A stretch of 51,708 bases of DNA from NCBI GenBank assembly GCA_964441445.1, contig CAYTYO010000001.1, positions 1-51,708 on the forward strand, given 5' to 3'. Within the stretch, counting starts at the first letter, position 1; each line of letters begins with the position of its first letter. Shown here piece by piece: positions 1-11,187 of this stretch. The position numbers and the translations under genes were made by a program. The stretch comes from an uncultured Gammaproteobacteria bacterium. GTDB lineage: Bacteria > Patescibacteriota > Microgenomatia > CAZETR01 > Amesbacteraceae. The notes under the pieces were generated by a model. The model made no database searches. It saw only the letters and a list, made by a program, of their open reading frames with translations, and had not been told where the DNA came from.

Positions 1-37
1 AACCGCCATTGCGGGGGTTCGATTCCCCCCCAGGCCT
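1..37 (+). tRNA. 3' fragment of a tRNA (T-arm plus acceptor 3' strand), cut by the window edge
   Basis: GGGGG-TTCGATT-CCCCC T-arm at 13-29, then a 7-nt acceptor strand and discriminator. The anticodon lies outside the window, so identity is unknown. Confidence 0.7.
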
Positions 38-43
38 CAACGA

Positions 44-87
44 ATATAACCCGAAGGAAATACCCACTTCTCTGTTTCGGGTTATAT
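44..87. repeat. Perfect 12-bp inverted repeat (ATATAACCCGAA / TTCGGGTTATAT) with a 20-nt loop
   Basis: Arms at 44-55 and 76-87, read directly. Lies just 3' of the tRNA fragment. Confidence 0.8.
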
Positions 88-97
88 ACGGACGCAA

Positions 98-126
98 TTG
101 ACTTTTATAGGTTATTTCTTTATACT
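98..126 (+). promoter_or_regulatory. Sigma70-like promoter (TTGACT-17 nt-TATACT)
   Basis: -35 at 98-103, 17-nt spacer, -10 at 121-126, about 37 nt upstream of the ATG at 163. Confidence 0.5.
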
Positions 127-135
127 TCGTTTTAT

Positions 136-162
136 ATCTCCGCGACAAACGGAGATTTTTTT
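136..162 (+). promoter_or_regulatory. Leader hairpin plus T-tract that contains the GGAG ribosome-binding site
   Basis: ATCTCCG (136-142) pairs with CGGAGAT (150-156), followed by T6 and then directly by the ATG at 163. Confidence 0.45.
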
Positions 163-849
163 ATGAACCTATCTAAGTGGAAAATGTGGGTTTCAAATAA
201 GGCAGAGGTCCTGATAAAAGGTCCGTCTACTCCCCTGCCGGTTAAGGAGATGGCGTGGAGGGGGTTGGTGTTTGCTGCCAAGTGCGGCAGGAGTAATCCT
301 GTTAGCTTTGCTTTAAGGCCATTGGCCCTACATAAGAAGCTGAGGCTAGCGGTCGGATTGAACTTGATCGTGATGGTATTTGCAGCCTCGTTATGGGGAA
401 CGACACCGCTTCAAGCACAAGATGAGCAGGAAATTCTGTCAGTAATTTCGATGCCAGAAACATCAATTAGCCTGGCGACACAGGTAAGAATTAAGTTTCC
501 CCTTCCGAATAGGGATCTATCACAGGCTTTTTGGTTACTTCACCCTGGTGTCGACTGGCGAACTCCAGTTGGAACCCCGGTGTACGCGATTATGTCCGGA
601 ACCGTAACGGAAACAGAGTTCAGTAAGTATGGATACGGAAATAAAATAGTCATAGGCCATTACGGCGGATATGAGACGTTGTACGCTCATTTATCCAAGA
701 TTGAAGTTGCGGTGGGTGAAACAGTTACGACAGACAAAATTATTGGTCTGAGCGGAAATACGGGAAAATCAACCGGCCCGCATGTGCACATTGAGGTAAG
801 AGAGAACGGAAGACCAATAAACCCATTGTTGGTGTTGGGAAGCAAATAA
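163..849 (+). CDS. M23/LytM-family metallopeptidase, membrane anchored
   Basis: Motifs HPGVDW, GNKIVIGH..YETLYAHLS and GNTGKSTGPHVHIEV. One hydrophobic helix near aa 62-78. Confidence 0.85.
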   Translation: MNLSKWKMWVSNKAEVLIKGPSTPLPVKEMAWRGLVFAAKCGRSNPVSFALRPLALHKKLRLAVGLNLIVMVFAASLWGTTPLQAQDEQEILSVISMPETSISLATQVRIKFPLPNRDLSQAFWLLHPGVDWRTPVGTPVYAIMSGTVTETEFSKYGYGNKIVIGHYGGYETLYAHLSKIEVAVGETVTTDKIIGLSGNTGKSTGPHVHIEVRENGRPINPLLVLGSK

Positions 850-866
850 GCGTTACGTTTCTCTTC

Positions 867-2812
<1,946 letters not shown>

Positions 2813-2850
2813 TAGTTTAAGGTTGTTAGCAGATGATTAATGCGATTGCC

Positions 2851-2880
2851 AGTATATAAAACTGGATGTGATTTTGTCAA
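2851..2880 (-). promoter_or_regulatory. Candidate groES-groEL promoter (TTGACA-18 nt-TATACT)
   Basis: On the minus strand, -35 TTGACA is at 2880-2875 and -10 TATACT at 2856-2851. Confidence 0.45.
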
Positions 2881-2888
2881 GAGGACTT

Positions 2889-3944
2889 TCAGCTCAGACG
2901 CGCAAGGTCAGAGGTAACCATCATCTCCAATAACTGTTTAAAGTCGGTCTCAGGCTTCCATCCAAGAATTTTTTTAATTTTAGCGGAGTCGCCCACCAGC
3001 GGACCGGTTTCGGTGGGCCGGACCCAGTCAGAATTTATCACAACGTGATCTTTCCAGTTTAAGCCCAGGCTAGAGAAGGCCGCTTCGCAAAGATCGGAGA
3101 CGGTATGAACAACTCCGGTTGAAACAACAAAGTCATCAGGATTGTCGTGCTGGAGGATCATCCACATGGCTTTGACATAATCTCCGGCAAAACCCCAGTC
3201 TCTTTTTGCTTCCAAGTTGCCTAACTCCAACTTACCGTCCTTATTTAGTACAGGTCGGCCTCCCTGGCCAATCGGAATTCTGTTTCCTTTGAGACCTAGT
3301 TTAATCGCGACTGCAGCGAGACTAACTTTACGAGTGACAAAGTCGGGGCTGCGACGAGGGCTTTCATGATTGAACATGATTCCAGTGGAAATAAACAGCT
3401 TGAAGGATTGGCGATATATTTGGGCATCAAAATGAGCCAGGGCTTTAGCGGCTGCATAGGGGTTGGCAGGGCGGACGGGGGTTTCCTCATTTTGAGGGCT
3501 GGATCGAGTTTCACCGAACAGTTCGCTAGTGCTTGCCTGATAGACACGGGCGGTAGGAATTATATTTCTGACCGCTTCGTAAATTCTTATGGCTCCTAAT
3601 CCGGTTTGATCCGCTGTGGCAAGAGGCTGCGACCAAGACTCCTGAACATGAGACTGAGCGCCAAGATTGTAGATTTCGTCAGGACGAATTTGGGAAAGAT
3701 ACATACTCAGACAGGCGGGATCGGCTAAATCACCGAAAATGAAGTTGATCTGGTGACGCAAATGGGCGACATTACCAAAGCTAGGGTTGCTGTTGCGGCG
3801 AAGCAGACCGTAAATTTCGTAGTTTTTTTCAAGGAGTAACTCCGAGAGATATGATCCATCCTGTCCGGTAACACCGGTGATGAAAGCTTTTTTTACTTTA
3901 GACGTTTTGGCCATTTTTTTGACGAGAGTGTAATGATAATACAC
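2889..3944 (-). CDS. gmd: GDP-mannose 4,6-dehydratase
   Basis: Motifs ITGVTGQDGSYLSELLL, YQASTSELFG, YAAAK and FNHESPRRSPDFVTRK. The true start is probably the internal MAKTSK at 3914. Confidence 0.9.
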   Translation of the reverse strand: MYYHYTLVKKMAKTSKVKKAFITGVTGQDGSYLSELLLEKNYEIYGLLRRNSNPSFGNVAHLRHQINFIFGDLADPACLSMYLSQIRPDEIYNLGAQSHVQESWSQPLATADQTGLGAIRIYEAVRNIIPTARVYQASTSELFGETRSSPQNEETPVRPANPYAAAKALAHFDAQIYRQSFKLFISTGIMFNHESPRRSPDFVTRKVSLAAVAIKLGLKGNRIPIGQGGRPVLNKDGKLELGNLEAKRDWGFAGDYVKAMWMILQHDNPDDFVVSTGVVHTVSDLCEAAFSSLGLNWKDHVVINSDWVRPTETGPLVGDSAKIKKILGWKPETDFKQLLEMMVTSDLARLS

Positions 3945-4024
3945 TATTTATGGATAAATCTTAAGTTTGACTTAGTTTTTTCAGCGAACCCTGGACATTG
4001 TACCAGCTCGGTGCAAATCGTCCA

Positions 4025-4882
4025 TTATTGAACAGCGCGGTGATTGGGGTGAAAAAAGGCTGAATGAAGACTGATACGCTCGTTTGTAAGATGTGATCTC
4101 ATGTACAAATATTGTGGAATAAATAAGCATAAATTCAGAATAAACGTGCCTGGAATAGCATGAGCGGGACGGAATTTCCGGGATTTTTCTGCCGGACATA
4201 AATGTTTGTAAATTACGGGTAAATAATTGCGCGTCCAGGAATTGGCGGTCAAAAAACTAGTGGGGAGGAGGTTGTTCCGGAACCATATCGGGACGGCCTG
4301 CAGTATCTCGTGAGCCAGATACAAACTGTGCGGATAGTCGGCTGGATTATGGGTCTGGGTTAAGAAGTTTTCATCCAGATAAAGGTTGTCGCAAATTTTG
4401 TCAGCCACCCGGCTGGATGAGTGATCAGGCAAACCAGAAGGACGACGTAGTGAGAAAAGAGTTAAAAATAAAAATACCAATAAGCGGGTGATCCAGACAC
4501 AATTTGCAGAGGTAATAATCATTAAATCTACGTCATCCTGGTGAGAACTGTTGTTTACTGCGGCAGAACCAGTTAAATAGATAGCCTGAATAGTAGGAAT
4601 GCGGCGCAGCCACCCGGATGTTTTTTGAGCTTGGTTTAATTTTCTTTGACTGGGCTGAACACGTGATCTGCGAGTGGCAACATCCGATTTTCGACCCGGT
4701 AAATAGTAATATCCGTCAGATTTGTGCGGCCAAAAGAAGAATTTTTCGAGAGGAAATGAAGTCCCCGGCTGCCAAAGCCATAACTCCCTCTGAGTCAGCG
4801 GAAATTTAAACTGGGATGAATATTTAAGAGCCTGAACCAGAGCAGTTTCAGGATCAGGGTGTCTGTCCTGCAGAAAGGCCAT
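4025..4882 (-). CDS. Nucleotidyltransferase-domain (Pol-beta superfamily-like) protein
   Basis: GS-x10-DVD motif (LTGSAAVNNSSHQDDVDLMII). Its 5' end overlaps the upstream gene by 29 nt. Confidence 0.45.
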   Translation of the reverse strand: MAFLQDRHPDPETALVQALKYSSQFKFPLTQRELWLWQPGTSFPLEKFFFWPHKSDGYYYLPGRKSDVATRRSRVQPSQRKLNQAQKTSGWLRRIPTIQAIYLTGSAAVNNSSHQDDVDLMIITSANCVWITRLLVFLFLTLFSLRRPSGLPDHSSSRVADKICDNLYLDENFLTQTHNPADYPHSLYLAHEILQAVPIWFRNNLLPTSFLTANSWTRNYLPVIYKHLCPAEKSRKFRPAHAIPGTFILNLCLFIPQYLYMRSHLTNERISLHSAFFHPNHRAVQ

Positions 4883-6266
4883 ATTGAGAAAGAATAGTAT
4901 TTATTTCCGCGCCTAAAGTCGTAATGGGTTTTTTCTTATACATGACATCGGAAAAAAGTTCAGACATCTTAGAATTGATACCTTTACCGTCGTGCGTAAA
5001 TGAGGCCAAATACCAGGATCTGGCAAGGGGTGCCTGGGAAATAAATACCCCGACATTTTTAGTATCTTTAAGCTCATCTGCCATATCAATTCGGGAATAT
5101 GGCTCACCAAATGAACGAAGCGGACTTTGAGCATTCTGATAAAGCTTGCGCATAACCTCGGGTGAGCTTAAATATTTAACTAACTCCCACGACTGGCTAG
5201 CGTGAGCTGATTTTTTGTTTACTCCTTCTGCCCAAAAACTTGAGTAAGTGACGGGTTTTTCTCCCCTGGCCGGATCAGTGGGCAATTGGGGAATGGGATG
5301 AACTGAAAAATTCAGGTTTTTGTTAATATTTTGAATATCAAAGACCCGCCATGAGGGACCAAAATAGATACCTACCGTTCCCGACGCAAAAGCTTCGGTA
5401 GATTTGGGTAGGTTTTGATCCCAAATGTGGTAAGCAGAAACAAAGTTAGTGAAATAGTCAAAAACATCTTCCAGAGGTTTTGTCTGAATTTTGGAAGGGG
5501 TGGCAAGATTTACATTGTTTTGGAGCATTAATACCGCAATAATATCTTCCCAGTGGTCAACATTTTGAGTGGCTCCCAACGACACTCCGGAGACAATGAC
5601 TTTCCCACCTGTAGAACAACTGCCGTTGAACGAAGCACAAACCGACATGGCTAGTGCAGTATCGCGCAAGTCATCCCAGTTTTGGGGTACCGGTAAACCG
5701 GCTTTGTTTAACAAATCATCGTTGATAAACATGGCAATGCCGTCTGTTTCGAGCGGGACAGCCAAGTATTGACTACCCGACTTGAAACTTGATCTGGCAG
5801 AAGGGTAAAAAAGTTTGTCGTAATCGGCGGTCGAATAGACTGTGGCAGGCACCGGGCTTAAGTACGGCCGGAACATGGGTGTCCAGGTGTTGTGAAGACG
5901 AAAAACGTCCGGTCCTTTGTTGTCGCGCAAGAAGGCCGCTAGTCTTTCCTGATATTCCTTATGTGATTGGAACTGATAATTAACTTTAATTCCGGGATGA
6001 GTTTTTTCAAATTCTTCCAGAACCGGTTTAATGATTTCGTCTGTTTCCCAAAGACCCCAGTATGTAATTGTCACTGAGCTTAATCCCGGGACCAGATTTG
6101 AAAGCAATCCAGTGGTAATACCCAAGGTAATAATCACGGCAATGCCTAAAACAGCAAAAAGTAGCGCAAATTTACCTGTTTTTTTACCTGGACGGGGTGC
6201 TGGTGCTGCCTGCGGGGCCGGTGCCGGGGGTTGAGGAATGGGAATGGGGGGGGTTTGATTATCCAT
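4854..6266 (-). CDS. Extracellular solute-binding protein (ABC-type, family-1-like), membrane anchored with a Pro-rich N-terminus
   Basis: N-terminal PPIPIPQPPAPAPQ, one TM, then ITYWGLWE...FEKTHPGIKVNY, typical of sugar-type SBPs. Confidence 0.7.
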   Translation of the reverse strand: MDNQTPPIPIPQPPAPAPQAAPAPRPGKKTGKFALLFAVLGIAVIITLGITTGLLSNLVPGLSSVTITYWGLWETDEIIKPVLEEFEKTHPGIKVNYQFQSHKEYQERLAAFLRDNKGPDVFRLHNTWTPMFRPYLSPVPATVYSTADYDKLFYPSARSSFKSGSQYLAVPLETDGIAMFINDDLLNKAGLPVPQNWDDLRDTALAMSVCASFNGSCSTGGKVIVSGVSLGATQNVDHWEDIIAVLMLQNNVNLATPSKIQTKPLEDVFDYFTNFVSAYHIWDQNLPKSTEAFASGTVGIYFGPSWRVFDIQNINKNLNFSVHPIPQLPTDPARGEKPVTYSSFWAEGVNKKSAHASQSWELVKYLSSPEVMRKLYQNAQSPLRSFGEPYSRIDMADELKDTKNVGVFISQAPLARSWYLASFTHDGKGINSKMSELFSDVMYKKKPITTLGAEINTILSQYGLSAGQTP

Positions 6267-6351
6267 AAAGGTGGTGGTTATTTGAGTATACTATAGTAGC
6301 CCGCGTTCATGCTTGTACATTACAAAGTATAATACATTATGCTTTTAGGCG

Positions 6352-8133
6352 GTGCGGAATAAATTTGATATGTGGAGAACAGGAACCAATAGAATAATCG
6401 ATTGGGTTTTTAAAGTGATTGTCGTGGGATTTATTACCGGCGGCGTATTAACAGCAGGGTACGAACTAATATATTTGGGGAGGATTTACCCAGGCGTAAA
6501 GATCGGTGGCATGGCGGTGGGGGGAATGACCCCATCACAAGCCGGTCAAGCTATGACGCAAACGACAAAGCGGGCTGAGAAGATCGTTTTGCATTGGGGT
6601 GTTAATCAGTGGACACAAAATGCCTCTGATATGGGAATTTCTTATAATGTTTTAGGAAGTGTTAGTAAGGCGGTAAGGATTGGAAGACAAAACGATTTAA
6701 TTGGTGATATTAAGGCAAAGTTATCAGCATTAAGACAGGGTTTGAATGTTAAACCGGTAATTTCTATTAATGAAGCAGATTTTTCGACGGTTGTCGATTT
6801 AATTAGTAGTCAGATTGATGTTCCAGCAAAAGAGCCTGATATTGTCGTTACAGCTGACAAAGTTGATGTTTCGGCCGGTGAGAACGGCCATAAGGTCGAC
6901 ACTGAGTTAATGAGGAAAAAAATCAGCGAATATTTTGAAAGTATGGGTGGTGAAACAGTTGATGTACCGGTAATTGAGATGAAACCAAAATTATCCGCGG
7001 AACAAATACAGATGGCTAAACAACGAGCTGAAGGAGTGTTGGGTAAAAAGATAACCTTGTTAAACTCAGGGACAAGTGAGAAATGGGAAATTACGCAGGA
7101 ACAAATATTGTCATGGATTGATTTACAATCCGGTGGCTGGGCAAAGGATAAAATTGCAGATTGGATCAGAGAGCTGGCGGTGAATTTTGATATGGCTCCA
7201 CAAAATGCAACTTTCAGATTCGTAAACAGCGGGAAAGTTGAAGAGTTTAAGCCGGCTAAAAACGGAAGGATTTTAGTCGTTGACCAGACAGTGGCTGAAA
7301 TAATTATTGCGTTAGATAAATTAACGACTTTACCTTTGGCCGGTTCAGCGGACGCTGTCTTGGTTGCCGAAGAAAAAAGTCCAGAAATTTCCAATGATCA
7401 GGTTAACGACATGGGTATAAACCAGTTAATCGGAAAGGGTGAGTCCTGGTTTTCGGGATCAATTAATAATAGGATTTTTAACCTTAAAAAAGCCGCTGAT
7501 GCTTTAAACGGGATTTTGATTGCGCCTGAAGAAATTTTTTCTTTCAATAAGGCTGTAGGAGAAATTTCTGCAAATACTGGCTATAAGCAGGCGTATATTA
7601 TTAAGGAGGGGAAGACAATATTGGGAGACGGCGGTGGGGTGTGTCAGGTTTCAAGCACACTGTTTCGGGCAGTTTTGGCAGCCGGGCTGCCGATCGAGGA
7701 AAGAACCGCTCACGCATATAGGGTGCATTACTATGAAGAAAAATATCAAGTTGGATTTGACGCGACTGTTTTTCAGCCCAGCCCGGATTTTAAATTTAAG
7801 AATGATACCGGCGCATATATATTAATCCAAACTGTGTATGACGAAAAACAAAAATATCTGGCGTTTGAGTTTTACGGGACAAGCGATGGGAGAAAAGCGG
7901 AGATTTCTAAGTCAAGAATTTGGGAAGTCGCTTCTCCCCCACCCGATCTATATATTGATGACCCCACACTGCCGGTCGGGAAAGTTGTGCAAACTGAGCA
8001 CGCCGCATGGGGGGCAAAAGTGGCTTTTGATTGGAAAGTTGTGCGAGGAGACGAAGTGCTACAACAAAGAACTTTCTATTCGAATTACAGACCCTGGCAA
8101 GCTGTGTATATGAAAGGGACAAAACCGCTTTAA
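6352..8133 (+). CDS. VanW-family protein with N-terminal TM anchor
   Basis: VanW core GGGVCQVSSTLFRAVLAAGLPIEERTAHAY. GTG start at 6352, with an alternative ATG at 6370. Confidence 0.8.
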   Translation: MRNKFDMWRTGTNRIIDWVFKVIVVGFITGGVLTAGYELIYLGRIYPGVKIGGMAVGGMTPSQAGQAMTQTTKRAEKIVLHWGVNQWTQNASDMGISYNVLGSVSKAVRIGRQNDLIGDIKAKLSALRQGLNVKPVISINEADFSTVVDLISSQIDVPAKEPDIVVTADKVDVSAGENGHKVDTELMRKKISEYFESMGGETVDVPVIEMKPKLSAEQIQMAKQRAEGVLGKKITLLNSGTSEKWEITQEQILSWIDLQSGGWAKDKIADWIRELAVNFDMAPQNATFRFVNSGKVEEFKPAKNGRILVVDQTVAEIIIALDKLTTLPLAGSADAVLVAEEKSPEISNDQVNDMGINQLIGKGESWFSGSINNRIFNLKKAADALNGILIAPEEIFSFNKAVGEISANTGYKQAYIIKEGKTILGDGGGVCQVSSTLFRAVLAAGLPIEERTAHAYRVHYYEEKYQVGFDATVFQPSPDFKFKNDTGAYILIQTVYDEKQKYLAFEFYGTSDGRKAEISKSRIWEVASPPPDLYIDDPTLPVGKVVQTEHAAWGAKVAFDWKVVRGDEVLQQRTFYSNYRPWQAVYMKGTKPL

Positions 8134-8936
8134 GGTTGAAATATAGATTCGGGTACGATCTTTATCTGTTCAACTTGAGGAAATTGGAGGGCGGTTTTTG
8201 CAACCTGCAGATAGTGAATTCTTTGGGCGCATGAACCTCCGCTGGTGAAAGTGTTTATAACCGGAAATTCTATGGTCAGAAGTCCGTTTACTAAATTTAA
8301 ACTTTTAACATAGAAATCAGGGTGCATACTTCTGGCTAAAAGATTTAGAGTGTCTTTTATGGGAGTTTGAGTAACACCGATATTTGCCGGTTGGGGTAAG
8401 ACAGCTTCACACTGCGAATCGATTTCGGAGTTCCCGGTCCCGGGTTGAAAAAGATAAATGGTTCCCGGATCCGAAGATGAGAATTTAATAGGAATTTCAA
8501 AACTTTTTTCATTTTCCGGTAAACCGCTGGGGTTGTCGTTTCGTAATACTAAAAAGCCTGATTTAGCCTGGGTTTGATAGTTGTAACTTTCAATGAAATC
8601 CAACGTTAGTTTGTTATTTTCGTTGTCCCATTCGACAGGAACCCGATCTGTCAAAATTAAGTGGCGACGGTCGTCTAGGAGTTGCATCTGAAACTGACCT
8701 TCAAACGTCCAGGATTTTGGGACCTGCCCTTTAATAACTAAAGGGCCCGTTACTGTTTCGCCAGACCGGGGGGTTTGCAAGAGGGGTGTCGATAAAGGAT
8801 CAGCCGTGATTTCTGTGGAGGTGGCAGTAAAATTTTCAGGCGATTGAGGTTTTTCGCGAATAGAGAAGAAAGTTATTAACGCAATAAGCCCTGTCACAAG
8901 AATAACCGGTACAAGAAGCTTGTTCACTTTAAACAT
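8130..8936 (-). CDS. Secreted/anchored protein with Gmad2-like Ig domain plus GerMN-like domain
   Basis: N-terminal TM. The VIKGQVPKSWTFEGQFQMQLLD block resembles the Gmad2 domain. The C-terminal half resembles GerMN. Confidence 0.5.
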   Translation of the reverse strand: MFKVNKLLVPVILVTGLIALITFFSIREKPQSPENFTATSTEITADPLSTPLLQTPRSGETVTGPLVIKGQVPKSWTFEGQFQMQLLDDRRHLILTDRVPVEWDNENNKLTLDFIESYNYQTQAKSGFLVLRNDNPSGLPENEKSFEIPIKFSSSDPGTIYLFQPGTGNSEIDSQCEAVLPQPANIGVTQTPIKDTLNLLARSMHPDFYVKSLNLVNGLLTIEFPVINTFTSGGSCAQRIHYLQVAKTALQFPQVEQIKIVPESIFQP

Positions 8937-9003
8937 TATACTGATAGAGTGAAGTTTTTTACGATGTTAGGGGTGGGTTTCCTGTGGCTGATATAATTTC
9001 GGG

Positions 9004-10089
9004 GTGCAAATCATAAAAGAGGACGGGGCCAATTTGGGGGAAATAATTAAAGTGCTGAGTTCCGGCGGACTGGTTATTTTTCCATCCGAAACGGTGTACG
9101 GAGCGGCTGTCGACGCCACTAATCCAAAGGCGGTAGAGAATTTGTCAGCGTATAAGCAGCGGCCATTAGGAAAGCCTTATTCCGTTATGGTCGCTGATAG
9201 AAAAATGGCAGAGGCGGTGGTGGAGATTAATGCAACTGCAGACAAGATATATAAAAACATGTTGCCGGGACCCATAACGGTAGTGTCTAAAGGCCGACAT
9301 GTTTTAGCTCCAGGTGTGGAGTCAGAAACCGGAAGTTTGGGGGTGCGGATACCCAATTATCCTTTTTTACTGAAGTTGATTTCAGCTTTTGGCAAACCTT
9401 TAACCGCAACTTCCGCTAATGCCAGTTACAAGAAACGACCTTACAAAATTGATGATGTGCTGAAAAATATTTCAAAAAAACAAATAAGTTTGATCAGTGT
9501 GGCTATTGACGCTGGCGAGCTGCCGAGAAACGAGCCGTCGACGGTTATCGATACCACATATGACGACACGACCATTCTGAGACAAGGGGATATAGTTTTT
9601 GGGGAAAAGAATAAGATTTTGAGCCGGAGCGAAGAAGAAACTAAGAATTTCGGTAAGGAGATGTGGCAAAAGTATCAACCCTACAGCGATGAACGAGCGG
9701 TGGTCTTTGCGCTGGAAGGACAAATGGGGGCTGGTAAAACGCAATTTGCAAAGGGGCTGGCAAAAGCCATGGGGATTAATGATGAGGTGGTCTCCCCTAC
9801 TTTTAATTTACAGTTGGAATACAGCTCGGTAGACAAAAAGATGCAGCTGGTACATTTTGATGCCTGGAGAATGCAGAATAGTGATGAATTGGAGGAATTA
9901 GGACTGGCGGAGTTGGTAAAACTTCGAAGAGTTGTTGTTATCGAGTGGGCTGATAAAGTAGCTGACATGATAAGGTCTCTCGAGGAAGAGGCCATTGTAG
10001 TCTGGGTTAAAATTGAGTACGATCCAAATCCAGAAAAAGGCGTTGAGGCAGAGGATAATAGGAGATTAATTTCGTGGAAATCCGTTTAG
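9004..10089 (+). CDS. Fusion protein: TsaC/Sua5/YrdC-like domain plus TsaE P-loop ATPase (t6A synthesis)
   Basis: The N-terminal half has VIFPSETVYGAAVDA, GPITVV, LGVRIP and LTATSAN. The C-terminal half has LEGQMGAGKTQFAKG and VVSPTFNL. GTG start. Confidence 0.8.
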   Translation: MQIIKEDGANLGEIIKVLSSGGLVIFPSETVYGAAVDATNPKAVENLSAYKQRPLGKPYSVMVADRKMAEAVVEINATADKIYKNMLPGPITVVSKGRHVLAPGVESETGSLGVRIPNYPFLLKLISAFGKPLTATSANASYKKRPYKIDDVLKNISKKQISLISVAIDAGELPRNEPSTVIDTTYDDTTILRQGDIVFGEKNKILSRSEEETKNFGKEMWQKYQPYSDERAVVFALEGQMGAGKTQFAKGLAKAMGINDEVVSPTFNLQLEYSSVDKKMQLVHFDAWRMQNSDELEELGLAELVKLRRVVVIEWADKVADMIRSLEEEAIVVWVKIEYDPNPEKGVEAEDNRRLISWKSV

Positions 10090-10105
10090 TAGCTGATTAA
10101 AAAAC

Positions 10106-11167
10106 ATGATAATTCTTGCTATTGATACGTCCTGCGATGAGACCGCGGCGGCTGTAACCCAAGGAAATATTGTGCTGTCAAATGTAATTTGGTCTCAAGC
10201 TAGTTTACATGCTAAGTTCGGAGGAGTGATGCCTTCATTGGCGCAAAGAATGCACCAAGAAAGGATCGACTGGGTAATAAAGCGGGCGCTGCAACAGGCG
10301 AAGTGTAAGGGTAAAAATGTGGACAGAATTGCCGTAACAGCAGGCCCAGGGTTGGCAATTGCTTTGGGGGTCGGAATTACAAAGGCGATGGAATTAAAGA
10401 GTGTCTGGGACAAACCCAGTGTGGCGATTAATCACATTGAAGGTCATTTATTAAGTCCATTGGCTGTACGAAATACACGCAGTGATTTTAATTTAGCTGA
10501 TGTGTTTCCCGCATTGGGTTTAGTCGTTTCCGGGGGGCACACTGAGTTGGTTGAAATTGGCCGGCCAGGAAGTTATGCCATATTGGCAAAAACCCAGGAT
10601 GATGCGTTAGGGGAAGCCTTGGATAAGGCGGCCAGACTGTTGGGTCTTGGATATCCGGGGGGAGCTATTCTTGAAAAGATGGCCAAATTGGGTAATCCTA
10701 AAGAGTATCCCCTTCCTCTACCAATGGCCAGACAGGAAAGAATTGATGCCTTTAGTTATTCAGGGTTAAAGTCAGCGTTTATGCGACTTGTGAGTGATGT
10801 CGGAAACGTAGCTGTGGGTGAAAGGCCGGAACTGACTTTGCAACAGATCTATGACTTGGCGGCATGTTTCCAGAACAGAGCTTTTCAACATTTGGAACGG
10901 GTGGTAGCAGGACAAATCAAATTGGCCAACCAGGAAGGTAAATTTAAAAGCTTATTGGTTGGGGGAGGAGTAATTGCAAATACGGATCTAAAAAAAAGAT
11001 TAAGGAAAATTGCGAAAGTTAATGGATTAAAACTGATGCTCCCCTACTCGAAAAAGTTAGTTGGTGATAATGCGGCCATGATCGGAGTAGCGGCTGCCAT
11101 TTCGAAACATACACCAGAAAATACATTAATTGATAGGAAACCGCGGTGGTCAGTAGAAGATATTTAA
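10106..11167 (+). CDS. tsaD: tRNA N6-adenosine threonylcarbamoyltransferase TsaD
   Basis: Motifs ILAIDTSCDETAAAV, INHIEGH, VVSGGHTEL, DDALGEALDK and GGGVIAN. Confidence 0.92.
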   Translation: MIILAIDTSCDETAAAVTQGNIVLSNVIWSQASLHAKFGGVMPSLAQRMHQERIDWVIKRALQQAKCKGKNVDRIAVTAGPGLAIALGVGITKAMELKSVWDKPSVAINHIEGHLLSPLAVRNTRSDFNLADVFPALGLVVSGGHTELVEIGRPGSYAILAKTQDDALGEALDKAARLLGLGYPGGAILEKMAKLGNPKEYPLPLPMARQERIDAFSYSGLKSAFMRLVSDVGNVAVGERPELTLQQIYDLAACFQNRAFQHLERVVAGQIKLANQEGKFKSLLVGGGVIANTDLKKRLRKIAKVNGLKLMLPYSKKLVGDNAAMIGVAAAISKHTPENTLIDRKPRWSVEDI

Positions 11168-11187
11168 ACTGAACGGGGGGGATTTGA

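Noticed and set aside
2826-2852. Possible CIRCE/HrcA operator upstream of groES (TTAGCAgat...)
   Set aside because: Only the left half-site resembles TTAGCACTC. The expected inverted partner after 9 nt matches at about 4 of 9 positions, so this is not a convincing CIRCE.
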